From: Hemiscyllium ocellatum
Taxonomy: Eukaryota
DNA length: 64,000 nt
Assembly: GCF_020745735.1 (NCBI RefSeq)
Contig: NC_083408.1
Span: 59,054,484-59,118,483 of the forward strand
Reading direction: 5' to 3'
The notes under the pieces were generated by a model that saw nothing but the letters and a program-made list of their open reading frames with translations, had not been told where the DNA came from and did not search any database. Positions 50,721 through 62,520 of the stretch are shown here, piece by piece. A program made the translations under genes and the position numbers. How positions within the stretch are numbered: the stretch's first letter is position 1; each line of letters opens with the position of its first letter.

Positions 50721-50852
50721 GTAAAAAATGAGGTCTGCAGATGCTGGAGATCACAGCTGCAAATGTGTTGCTGGTCAAAGCACAGCAGGTTAGGCAGCAT
50801 CTCAGGAATAGAGAATTCAACGTTTCGAGCATAAGCCCTTCATCAGGAATAA
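50721..50852 (-). mobile_element. Single Penelope-type pLTR with near-intact hammerhead core
   Basis: Same subfamily as 49744. Minus strand AUUC-CUGAUGA-A-GGGC(UUAU)GCUC-GAAAC-GUU-GAAU at 50815-50850. Confidence 0.8.
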
Positions 50853-51859
50853 GGCCAAGCCACTGGGGAAAAATAGTGCAATGGAATATGTTTATGCCTG
50901 CCTGATATAGCACATTTGGCCTCAGTACTACATTTAGTATTAAGTGAAAGTCTCTGTAATGATATCTAAACACAGAATGTTCTGACACAGGCCTTAATGC
51001 TACCATCTGAGCCATGGCTAATGTCATGACATATAAGATTTTTGTTTTTATTTTATTTGTGTCTGTCATTGCTCACTTTGAAACCTAAACTGTATACTAA
51101 TAATACAGGTACACCCGACACAGATTTTTATCAGGTTAGTAGGAGAGTCTGCTGTCCCCAAACTTGTATTTTAACCCTGATTTAAATATTTACTATAATG
51201 CTTCCACAAGATCAGTGCAGAAAATAGGTCAGGCGGTGTCAATAGTGTGAAAAACTGAGTTAACACTTCAGGCCTATGATGTTTCATATGAACTGGGAAA
51301 AGTTTAAAAATGCAAAAACAAAATACTACAGATGCTGGAACTCTGTAGTAAAAGGTTTCTAGCCAGTGAACACTGGGGGCAAGAAGACCAGAGAAAAAGG
51401 AGGTCTTTGATAAGGTGGTGACCAAGGGACATTGAATGAGAAAAGATTACCTATTGCAATGGTATGGCAATGAATATAGTCAAGAAACAAAGATTGTGTT
51501 CAAACAAATTGTGACATGAGAAATGTTTTCAAAATGGCATCTGAAGAGATAGAGAAAAGAAACAAGCTGGATTCAGTCAGTGAAATTAGTACAGTGCAGA
51601 TCAAGTTGGAGACAGAGGTTATGATTTATAGTTGTTGAATTCAGTGTTGAGTCTGGAAGGCTGTTGAGTGCCCAGTCATAACTCAGGGTGCTGTTTCTGA
51701 GTTTGCAATAAGCATTGTTAGAATGCTTTAGTAGGCCGTGGACAGAAAGTTCAACCCCCCTTTCTGAAAAAAACAAAATTCCTTGACACAATTGTCCTTC
51801 CCTTTGAATCTATTGTCACCTCGCATCTTTCATGGAGCACCATATTTGAATCCATCCAT

Positions 51860-54800
51860 TCATATTTCGGCCCCTCTCACATTACCAAACAGCCCTTTGG
51901 ATGTCACCTGTGACGAGAAAATACAAGCTGTTAGATTTACGTCTGTTGTATGGAAAATGGTGGGAACGATTAATTAAGAAGTTATAGCAGGGACCCAGAT
52001 ATGTTCAAGGTAATTTGACAATGTCAAACATGGCTTTGGGAAATCATGTTTGACCAGTCTTTGAGAAGGTAACATGTGCTGTGGATAAAGGGAAACCAGT
52101 GATTAAACTGTATTTAGATTTACAGAAGGCTTTTGCTAAGTTTCCACATCAGGTGGTTGTGGAGGTGGTTGGGTGGGGGGGGGGAGTTTGTGGTGTCGGA
52201 GGTAACATATTGGCATGGATATAAGATTGGCTGGCCAACCAGAAAGTACACATGAATGGGCCTTGTAGGTTGGTAAGATGGGGCATGGGAACCTAGACTG
52301 CAGCTTGAGGGTGCAGGACCTGGAGTGTAGGGAGGTTAGGAACATGGCATCAATCTCAAAGGAGGATGCCTGTAAACAGGAATGTGGCTTGAAGTGTGTA
52401 TACTTCAATGCGAGAAGTATACGAAATAAGGTAGGTGAACTTGCAGCGTGGGTTGGTACCTGGGGGTTCGATATTGTGGCTATTACGGAGACATGGGTAG
52501 AACAGGGACAGGATTGATTGTTACAGGTTCCAGGGTTTAAATGTTTTAGTAGGGTCAGAGGTGGGGGTAAAAGAGGGGGAGGTGTGGCATTGCTTGTCAA
52601 AGATAGTATTACAGCAGTGGAAAGGACGATGGATGAAGACTCGCCATCTGAGGTAGTTTGGGCTGAGCTTAGAAATAGGAAAGGTGAGGTCACCCTGTTA
52701 GGAGTTTTCTACAGGCCTCCTAATAGTCCTAGAGACATAGAAGAAAGGATTGCGAGGATGATTCAGGAGAAAAGTGAAAGTAATAGGGTGGTTGTTATGG
52801 GGGACTTTAACTTTCCACATATTGACTGGGGAAGCTATAGCTCGAGTGCGTTAGATGGGTCGGTGTTTGTCCAATGTGTACAGGAGGGTTTCCTGACACA
52901 CAATATGTAGACAGGCCAACAAGAGGTGAGGTCATACTGGATTTGGTTCTGGCTAACGAACCAGGCCAGGTGTTAGAATTGGAGGTAGGTGAGCACTTCG
53001 GGGACAGTGACCACAATTCGGTGACTTTTACTTTAGTGATGGAGAGGGATAAGTGTGCACTACAGGGCAAGAGTTATAGCTGGGGGCAGGGAAATTATGA
53101 TGCGGTGAGGCATGACTTAGGATGTGTGGATTGGAAAAGTAGGCTTCAAGGGAAGGGTGCAATTGAGATGTGGAGCTTATTCAAGGAGCAACTATTGAGT
53201 GTCCTTGATAAGTATGTACCTGTCAGGCAGGGAGGAAAGGGTCGTGTGAGGGAGCCGTGGTTTAATAAGGAATTGGAATCCCTTGTTAAAGGGAAGAGGG
53301 CGGCCTATGTAAAGATGAGGCGTGAAGGTTCAACTGGGACGATTGAGAGTTATAAGGTAGCCAGGAAGAAACTAAAGAGAAAGCTAAGAGCTGCAAGGAG
53401 GGGACATGAAAAGTCCTTGGTTGATAGGATTAGGGAAAACCCAAAGGCTTTCTATAGGTATGTCAGGAATAAAAGAATGACTAAGGTAGGAATAGGTCCA
53501 GTCAAGGATAGTAGTGGGAAATTGCGTGTGGACACTGAATGAATACTTTTTGTCAGTATTCACTCAGGAACAGGACATTGTTGCAGATGTGAATATTGAG
53601 TCACAATTAATTAGAATGGATGACTTTGCGATATGTAGGGAAGAGGTGTTGGAAATTCTGGAAAGGGTGAAAATAGATAAGTCCCCTGGGCCTGATGGCA
53701 TTTATCCAAGGATTCTCTGGGAAGCAAGGGAGGAGATTGCAGAGCCATTGGCCTTGATTTTTATGTCCTCGTTGTCTACAGGAATAGTGCCAGAAGACTG
53801 GAAGATAGCAAATGTGGTTCCCTTGTTCAAGAAGGGGAGTAGGGATAACCCTAGTAACTATAGGCCGGTGAGTCTTACCTCTGTTGTGGGCAAAGTCTTA
53901 GAGAGAATTGTAAAGGATAGGATTTATGAACATCTGGATAGGAATAATGTGATCAAGGATAGTCAGCATGGTTTTGTGAAGGACAGTTCGTGCCTCACAA
54001 ACTTTATTGAATTCTTTGAGAAGGTGACTAAGGGGGTGGATGAGAGTAAAGTGGTAGATGTGGTGTATATGGATTTTAGTAAGGCATTTGATAAGGTTCC
54101 CCATGGTAAGCTACTGCAAAAAATACAGAGGTATGGCATTGAGGGTGAGTTGGAAGTTTGGATTAGGAATTGGCTAGCTGGAAGAAGACAGAGGGTAGTA
54201 GTTGATGGTAAAGGTTCATCTTGGAGTGCAGTTACCAGCGGTGTTCCGCAAGGATTCTTTTGGGACCATTGCTGTTTGTCATTTTTATAAGTGACAAGGA
54301 GGAGGGGCTAGAAGTTTGGGTGAGCAAGTTTGCGGATGATACGAAAGTAGGTGGAGTTGTTGACATTGAGGAAGGATGTGGCAGGTTACAGCGGGATATA
54401 GATAAGCTGCAGAGCTGGGCAGAAAGGTGGCAAATGGAGTTCAATGTAGCTAAGTGTGAAGTGATTCACTTTGGTAAGAGTAACAAGAAGATGGAGTACT
54501 GGGCTAGTGGTCGGATACTTGGTAGTGTGGGTGAGCAGAGGGATCTTGGTGTCCATGTACACAGATCTCTGAAAGTTGCCACCCAGGTAAATAGTGCTGT
54601 GAAGAAGGCATATGGCGTACTGGCCTTTATTGGTAGAGGAATTGAGTTCCGGAGTCCTGAGGTCATGTTGCAGTTGTATAAGACTCTGGTGCGGCCGCAT
54701 CTGGAGTATTGTTTGCAGTTTTGGTCGCCATACTATCGGAAGGATGTGGAGGCACTGGAATGGATGCAGAGGAGGTTTACCAGGATGTTGCCTGGTATGG

Positions 54801-56100
54801 TAGGAAGATCATATGAGGAAAGGCTGAGGCACTTGGGGCTGTTTTCATTGGAGACAAGAAGGTTTAGGGGTGACTTGATAGAGGTGTACAAGATGAATTA
54901 GGGGTTTAGATAGGGTTGACCATGAGAACCTTCTTCCATGTATGGAGTCAGCTATTACAAGGGGGCATAGCTTTAAATTAAGGGGTGATAGTTATATGAC
55001 AGATGTTAGGGGTAGATTCTTTACTCAGCGAGTCGTGAGTTCATGGAATGCCCTGCCAGTAGCAGTGGTGGACACTCCCTCTTTATGGGCATTTAAACGG
55101 GCATTGGATAGGCATATGGAGGAAAGTGAGCTAGTGTAGGTTAGGTGGGCTTGTATCGGCGCAACATCGAGGGCCGAAGGACCTGTACTGCGCTGTATTT
55201 TTCTATGTTCTAAGATGTTGATGGTGTGCCACATGCATTGCTGCTGGGCTCTAAAATGTTTATAAATTACTTGGATGAAGCTTTGCTTATCAAGTTTTTT
55301 GATGCCACAAAGATCGGAAAGTAAGCTATAAAGAAGACACAAAGATATTGATACATTAGGTGAGTGGTCAAAAATGTGGCAAATGAGGTATAATGTAGGA
55401 AAATGGAATAAAAAGTAACATGATCTAAATGATGAGAGATTGCGAAGCTCTGAAATACAAATACAATTGGGTGTCCTTGTGCTTTCTGCAAACTGTTAAC
55501 GTGCAGATTTAGCAAGTGATAGGAAAAGCTTTTTTTTAAAATCTAGTCCTCGGGGAATTGAATCTCTTAGTTATGGAGGTAATACTTCTGTTGTACTGGA
55601 GGCACTGCATCTGGAGAACTATGTATATTATTGGTCACCTTATTTAAGAAAGGTTTGAAATGCATTGGAAGCAGTTCAGAGGAGGTTTACTAGAAACCAG
55701 GAATGTACAGGTTGTCTTATGAGAAAAGACTGGACAGGCTATGCTTGTATCCACTGGAGTGTAGACATGACTTGATTGAAACATACAAGATCCTGAGGTG
55801 CCTTGACAGGATAGATGTAGGGAAGTTGTTTCCCCTTATGAAGCAAACTATAATTAGAATTCACTGTTTGAAAATCAGGAACCATCCATTTGAAACAGAC
55901 ATGGCAAATTCTTTTCTGAGCTTTTTGAGTCTATGGAACGCTCTTCCTGAAAGATTGTGGAAGCAAAGGACTTGAATACTTTAAAGCAGAGGTACATAGA
56001 TTCTTGTTAGGCAAGGGGTTGAATGATTATCTGGGTAAGTTGGAATTTGGAGTTTAGGTCACAATTGAATCAGCCATGATCTGAATGAGTCGTGGAGCAA
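51860..56100 (+). mobile_element. Old LINE RT fragment (~51860-52273 and ~55218-56100) split by a younger LINE
   Basis: RT motifs on both sides (LYLDLQKAFAK before, KFFDATK and RLDRLCLYPLE after) are collinear. Confidence 0.65.
52281..55210 (+). mobile_element. Young CR1 LINE with nearly complete but disrupted ORF2
   Basis: Successive ORFs 52278-52517 (YFNARSIRNK, AITETW), 52518-52910, 52874-53542, 53514-54290 and 54221-54901 (FADDTK) cover APE to RT to C-terminus. Possible 7-bp TSD TAAGATG at 52274-52280 and 55211-55217. Confidence 0.93.
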
Positions 56101-56430
56101 GCTAAGTGGCCTCTCTGATTCATTTCTAACAGCTATTCTCATTAAGCCTAGATAGCTTTGTTTGCTGCCAAATAATGTTACTCTTAGACAACTGAGATCC
56201 CAGAATAAAATCTGGATTGATAGGTCTTTTTAAATTTAGCATGGAGGTCAGTAATTGAAACATTAGCATGCAAAGCTACAGATGCTTAATTCTGAATTCA
56301 GGAGTTCATGTCTTCACTTGAGCAACAAACAACTTGAGTAAATGGCCCACAGAGACTTGCTCCTTTTAAATGTTTTTTGTAATTGCTTTAATTTTGGTAT
56401 TTGTAAATTTTTTTTGGTTAATTTTTCCTT

Positions 56431-56728
56431 TTAGATTAGATTAGATTCCCACAGTGCGGAAACAGGCCCTTTGGCCCAACAAATTCACACCGACCCTCCG
56501 AAAAGTAACCCACCCGATCCATTTCCCTCTGACTAATGCATCTAGCACTATGGGCAATTTAGCATGGCCAATTCACCTGACATGCACATCTTTGGACTGT
56601 GGGAGGAAACCGGTGTACCCGGAGGAAAACCACACGGACGTGGGGAGAATGTGCAAACTCCACACAAAGAGTTGCCTGAGGCTGGAATTGAACCTGGGAC
56701 CCTGGTGCTGTGAGCCACCATGCTGCCC
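56431..56728 (-). mobile_element. HE1-type SINE
   Basis: (TTAGA)n tail, core and partial head on the minus strand. Confidence 0.88.
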
Positions 56729-58320
56729 AATTTTTTTGAAGAGATAAGCAAAGAAAAAAGTGGAAACCTCAGCAAAAGCATGTAATAAACGAATGTATCC
56801 TATTTAAATGAAAGCTTTATACTTTTAACTTGAATCGCACAAATTTTAAAAAGAAGTTAAAAGAACCAGATAAATTCGCAGTTTGTCGGCAATGCTGTGG
56901 ACATGCTCAGTGGTTGTGACAGGTTTCTTCCCACCTTCATCCATGACTCTGTCAAGATGTTGCTGTCACCTTCTCACCAACCACATTTTAAGTTTCCTGG
57001 TTCTAACACACTAATTTTCACTATGAATACCAATCTCTGCATAGTTTCACTTTCTGCCAGTTATTCCTTCAGTGGAGGCCGAACCAATCTGACCGAATTT
57101 TTCCCACATTGAATAACTTCCACTTCAATTCACTCATTTCCTCCAAATAAAACTATGGGATTCCACACATGGCTTGGTAATATCTTTTTATAATGGAATT
57201 TGAAGAACATTCTCTGTTTTAATCCTACTCGGGCACCCTCCTACTTATGCCTGAACTGGAAACATTCTCACTTAATTTGCTTTCAATTTCCATCCTTCTT
57301 TGTTCTTCTCTTTCTCCATCTGGAGTCTTCCATTCCTTGATTTCAGTAACTTAATTTTTAAGGACTGATTTATGGCCTATTATAACCTCTGACTCTCAGC
57401 TATTTCAGTTACACTTCTGTTAACGTGCAGACTGAATTCCATTCTCCTAGTTTCCCTTTTTCTACTGTTCTTATGATGCAATCTTCCAAATCAGCACGGC
57501 TGATTTTGATTCCTTTCCCCAACTAAGGATTCTTCGTACACTTACTCTGGACATTGTTGTTAGTACCCTGGATCATATTTGTGTTTTTCCTGTTCTTCTG
57601 TTCTCCATCCATCTGACTCTCCTAGAACCTTGGCAGAGCTCTTATTGTGTTCTGCTGCCACCCCACCTGCTTCCATGCTGAAAAGATATCCCTCTACTGT
57701 TTCTATCACCTATCTGCATTATGTGGCCACTTCTTTCTCTCCTCTCCTCTTTAAACATTCCTAAGGGACTGTTTACTTGCACTACCCTGGCCCATGCCCC
57801 TGTTAATCATAAACTCTTAGGCTGGTACTTCCATGGAAAGTACAAGAGATCAAACACCTGTCTTTTTACCTTCCAAGGCCTGAAATAGACTTTTCAGGTA
57901 AAACAGTAGTATAAATGTAACTTCAAGAAACAGCAGCTTGTATTTAGTTTCATTATTTGCCAGCTGCCCAAACTTAATAATCAGCCTATAATTACTGCCC
58001 TCCATTTTGTTTCCTTTTTCTTGAACATTTGATTTCATTCTTTTTCATTTCTGTTTCTTTTGTTTTCAGATGGCATTTGGTTGTTATTCTGCCATTCTCT
58101 TTAAGATGCAACTTTGATATCTTGTCTCTTTGGCCACTATGAAATATTCGGTCATTTAATCTTTCCTGCCTTCTACCTAATCAATAACTGTCCTTTTTTG
58201 TTTTCCCACTCTCTCCCTTTCACTTATTACATTTTTAACTTTTCACTGTTCTAATGAATAGTCATCTAACTGAAACATTCTCTCTCCTCAAGTTCTGCCT
58301 AACGCAGAGTACCTCCAGCC

Positions 58321-58595
58321 TGGATGTAGGTTTGCTCGCTGAGCTGGAAGGTTCATTTTCAGACGTTTCATCACCATATTTGGTAACATCATCAGCGAGC
58401 CTCCGGATGAAGCCCTGGCGGTATGGCCTGCTTTGTATCTGTGTTTCAAAGCAGGCCACAGCACCAGGGCTTCATCTGGAGGCTCACTGATGATGATACC
58501 TAGTTAGACGACGAAACGTCTGAAAATGAACCTTTCAGCTCAGCAAGCATACATCCAGAACCTCAACCTGAGATACAAATCTTGTCAAAACTTGC
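58321..58595 (+). mobile_element. Penelope inverted-pLTR element with two hammerhead cores
   Basis: Same pLTR family as 19433-20124, inverted arms. Minus core CUGAUGA-U-GUUACC(AAAUAU)GGUGAU-GAAAC-GUC at 58362-58395; plus core at 58487-58520 with broken stem II. Confidence 0.8.
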
Positions 58596-59200
58596 TATCT
58601 CCAAACTTTCTATTTTGGTTTTCCAGCACCTGAGACATTTTGATTTTGTACTGATATTTTTGCATTGACGTTGTCCACAGTTTGGTATTGAATAGCAGTA
58701 TAGGCTCTTGAGCCTTGGACAAATATGTGTGGCTGTAGGAAGACTTTTGACGAGCCCTTTGAAAGGGAGAGGGAGACTCTGCACAGTCTGCTCTTAATTT
58801 TAAGTAGGCTTCCAGCAACAGTGCTAGTGGATATGTAATCCTTTCATTCAATGAAATGGCCCTAAGAGCTTCAAAGGCACAAAAAGCAAAGTATGTCAAC
58901 AAACCACATCAAGCAATATTGGATTGGATGACCAAAAGTTTATTCAAAGTAGTAGATTTAAAGATTTGTTTGAAATGTGCATAGTAAGGTAGACAGACAA
59001 AGAAGTGTAAGGAGGGAATGCCAGAGTTTGGCCCTAAGCAGTTGAAGGCATGGCCAGGTAGAGCAACCAAAATCGAGGGTGTACAAAAAGCTGGAGTTAA
59101 AGGAGTGCAGATATCCTTCAAAAAAATGAGACTGGAACTGATAAGAGATATAGTAGGTGAGGCCTTGGAGGGTTTTAGAATCCAGACATTGCTTAACTGG

Positions 59201-59480
59201 TGGCATGATGGCACAGAGGTTAGCACTTCTGCCTTACAGTGCCAGGGACCCCTGTTTGATTCCATTGAAATCTGTGACTGTGTCTGACATGATGACTGTT
59301 TGGAATTTCTTTCTGGGTTTCTGCTGGATGCTCTGGTTTCATCCCACAATCCACAAATATGTCCAGATTAGGTGGATTGGCCATGGTAAGTGGGGGAATG
59401 GGATGGGTTTGGGTCAGATGCTGTTTGGAAGGTTGATGCAGACTCAGTGGGTCAAATGACTTCTATCTGCACTTCTTTGA
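59201..59480 (+). mobile_element. Decayed HE1-type SINE
   Basis: Head GGCACAGAGGTTAGCACTTCTGCC and core CCCACAATCCACAAATATGTCCAG. Confidence 0.7.
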
Positions 59481-59554
59481 TTGGGAGTCATTTTAAGTTG
59501 GCAAACGCTGGGATGATAGGAGAACAGTGCTTGCTGCGAATTAAGACATACATA

Positions 59555-60470
59555 TGACTCTTAGAGATGTACAGCACGGAAACAGACCCGTTGCTCCAAC
59601 TCGTCCATGCTGACCCAGATATCCTAACCTAATCTGGTCCCCTATGCCAACACTTGGCCCTCTAAACCCTTCCTGTTAATATAACCATCCGGATGCCTTT
59701 TAAATGCTGCAATTGTATCAGCCCTAGTCCTTCATCTGGCAGCTCATTCCGTACACTCAACCCTGTGCATGAAAAAGTTGTCCCTTAGGCACCTTTTAAA
59801 AGTTAAGAGGAGCAACAAAATTTTGTAAAACCGCAAGTTTGCAGAATGAAGAAAAAGCTATGAAAGTGTCTAATCTAAGAATAATTGCTCAGACCTTTGA
59901 GTATAGGAATTAGGAAGTCATGTTGAAGTTGTATAGGGCATTGGTGAAGCCTCTTCTGGAATACTGTGTTCAGTTCTGGTTGCCCAATTCAAGGAAAGAT
60001 AGTAATAAGCTGGAGGTTGTCCAGAAGAAATTTATCAGAATATTGCCAGGTATGGAAGGTTTGAGTTGTAAAGAAAGGCTGGATAGGTTGGGACATTTTC
60101 ACTAGAGCATAGGAGTTGAGAGGTGACCTTTTATATAAGTTTATAAAATCATGAGAGGTACAGATAGAGTTAATGGCAGTAGTATTTTCCTTAAGATGGG
60201 GGATTTCAAGACTACGGGTCATATCTTTAAGGTCAGAGGAGAGCAATTTTAAAAAAAATCTAAGGGACAACTTTTTTGCATAGGAAGTGGTTCACATGTG
60301 GAATGAACTTCCTGAGGAAGTGGTGCATGTTTAAAACACCTTTCGGCAAGTACATGAATAAGACGGATATGGGCCAGTAGCAGACAGGTGAGACTAATTT
60401 AGTTGGGGATTATGTTTGGCATGGACTGATTGGACCGAAGAAGCTGTTTCAGTGCTGTATACTCTATAGT
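59555..60470. mobile_element. Two CR1 3' fragments in opposite orientation (~59555-59795 minus, ~59895-60470 plus)
   Basis: Both match the LINE 3' ORF end and UTR seen elsewhere (ORF 59920-60105 LYRALVKPLLEYCVQFW). Confidence 0.75.
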
Positions 60471-60987
60471 AAAGGCATGAATGAGGCTTTGGTAGCAGTT
60501 GAACTAAAACAGGGGCAATATTAAGGAGTTGCAACAGATGATCTTGGTAGCAAATAAGGTGAGAAGCTCATCTGAGAATTAAATGTGACGCCAACGTTGC
60601 AAACCAATGCCCAATATCTGACACGTTTTCAGGAAAATAGATGGAGTTAGCAGCTAGGGCACTGAGATTATGGCAAAAACTAAAAACAATGGCTTCCGTC
60701 TTCCCAGTACTTAATTTGAGGACATTTGTGCTCATCTAGAATAGAATGTCTGTAATAAAGATTAACATAGTGTTCTTCCATTACATGATGATAAGATGTT
60801 AACGGTTATGCATTTGTAGGAAAGTTGTAAATTTGTGCTCAAAAATGCATTTACAATTTACAGTTTGAGTGGAAAATAAAAACACACTTTTTAAGAGACA
60901 TGTTAGTTAAGATTTTATGGAACAAACTTTTTGTATTTGCTGTCTTTATTCCAAACTTGATCCAAATTGAGTTTTTTTTTCTTACAG

Positions 60988-61045
60988 AAAATCTTACAAC
61001 ACCTTCCGGAAAGAATTCAGAGCAGATGGCAGTTTCACAGTATAG
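60988..61045 (+). CDS. RALGAPA1: RALGAPA1 coding exon 4
   Basis: T-tract plus CTTACAG| acceptor, 58 nt encoding KILQHLPERIQSRWQFHSI(G), donor G|GTAACT. The gene continues beyond the window. Confidence 0.95.
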
Positions 61046-62202
61046 GTAACTTTAAATATTCTTTGAGTGTTGATTATATCAGTCATGTTTTTTGAAAAAA
61101 GTGAATGTACATCTTTAACTGTGCCCTTTGAGAGGTCAGTAGCCTAAACAATTATAAAGTTTTCAGCTGGTACAAAGAAACTTAGAGCAGGAGTACATCA
61201 TAAGGTGCGCAGACCTTACTCTGATATTTAATATTATAATTTCTGATCCAAATCTCATGACAAGTAAGGCTATGTCTAAGGTCTGTACAATTGCAGCAAG
61301 CTTCTTTATTCTCTACTCCAACTCTTGTCCCTTCTTTCTTGATTCGCTCAGAATAGCAAAATGTAATAGCCCTGATTATAATCCGTGACTGCACATCCAC
61401 AGACGTTCGACCTTTTGAATGAATAAAATTGCTCCTCATCTCAACCCTAAATGGCTGTTCTCTTCTCCAGAGACTGTGCTGTCTGGTTCTACACTCCCAA
61501 GTGAAACAACCTTTATATCTAATCCGTCATGCAGTGTAGAGTCTTGTCTGTCTCAGCACCTTATTACTAAATATTAAGGAGTATAGGCCGTTTCAAATCA
61601 GTCTCTTTATAGGAAATTTCCTTATCCAGCAAATCAATTGGATGAACTTTGTTTGGAACAGGTGACCAAAGCTTTACCTGGAACTCCAGATTTGGCAGCA
61701 TCTGATAGCTATACAATTATACCAAGTCTTCCTTAAGCTGTACTCCAACTTCCTTGTGCTATTGGGCAGCAGCCATTTACATTCTGTTAATGTTAACTTT
61801 CTGTTTTGTATAGAAGAATAACCAAATTTCTCTGGAAGTCAATGTTTAATAGTTTCTCACAGTACTTGAAAAATCTCCCCTCTTCTTGCTACCAAAGTTA
61901 ATGAATAATGTCATATTCCTTCTCACAATTTGCTATCTTATTACCCATTAATTTTTTCTATTTATATTCCTTTGCAAATTTGTCCTCTAACCTGCTCATT
62001 ATGCCATCTAGCTTAACATTATTAACCAACTAGGATTCATCAGATTTGATCTCTTCATCCACATTCTTAAAATACCATGTAATCAGCTGCAGCCCCACTA
62101 CTTATCTTTATGCTGCTACACTAGAAACAACTTCATAATGTGAAAATTACTTGTTTATGCCTATTCTGTGCACAAACAAGTAATTTTCTTTACTTCTCAT
62201 AT

Positions 62203-62520
62203 GATTTAGATTAGAATCCTTACAGTATGGAATCGGGCCCCTCAGCCCAACAAGTTCACACTGACTCTCTGAAGAGTACCCCACCAGACCCATTCCCCTA
62301 CCCTATATTTACCCCTATAATGTACCTAACACTATGGGCAATTTAGCATGACCAATTAATTTGATCTGCATGTCTTTGGATTGTGGGAAGAAACCAGAGG
62401 AAACCCACACAGACATTGGGAGAATGTGCAAGCTCCACACGGACAGTCACCCGAGGCAGGAATTGAACCTGGGTCCCTGGCACTGTGAGTCAGCAGTACT
62501 AACCACTGAGCCAACATGCC
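62203..62520 (-). mobile_element. HE1-type SINE
   Basis: Reverse-complement tail, core and head (GGAATTGAACCTGGGTCCC B-box). Confidence 0.85.

Noticed and set aside
6389-50852. Recurring palindromes as a CRISPR array or classical MITEs
   Set aside because: Dispersed, not repeat-spacer arrays, in eukaryotic DNA. Variable 13-15 bp TSDs and a one-sided tail do not fit DNA-transposon MITEs.
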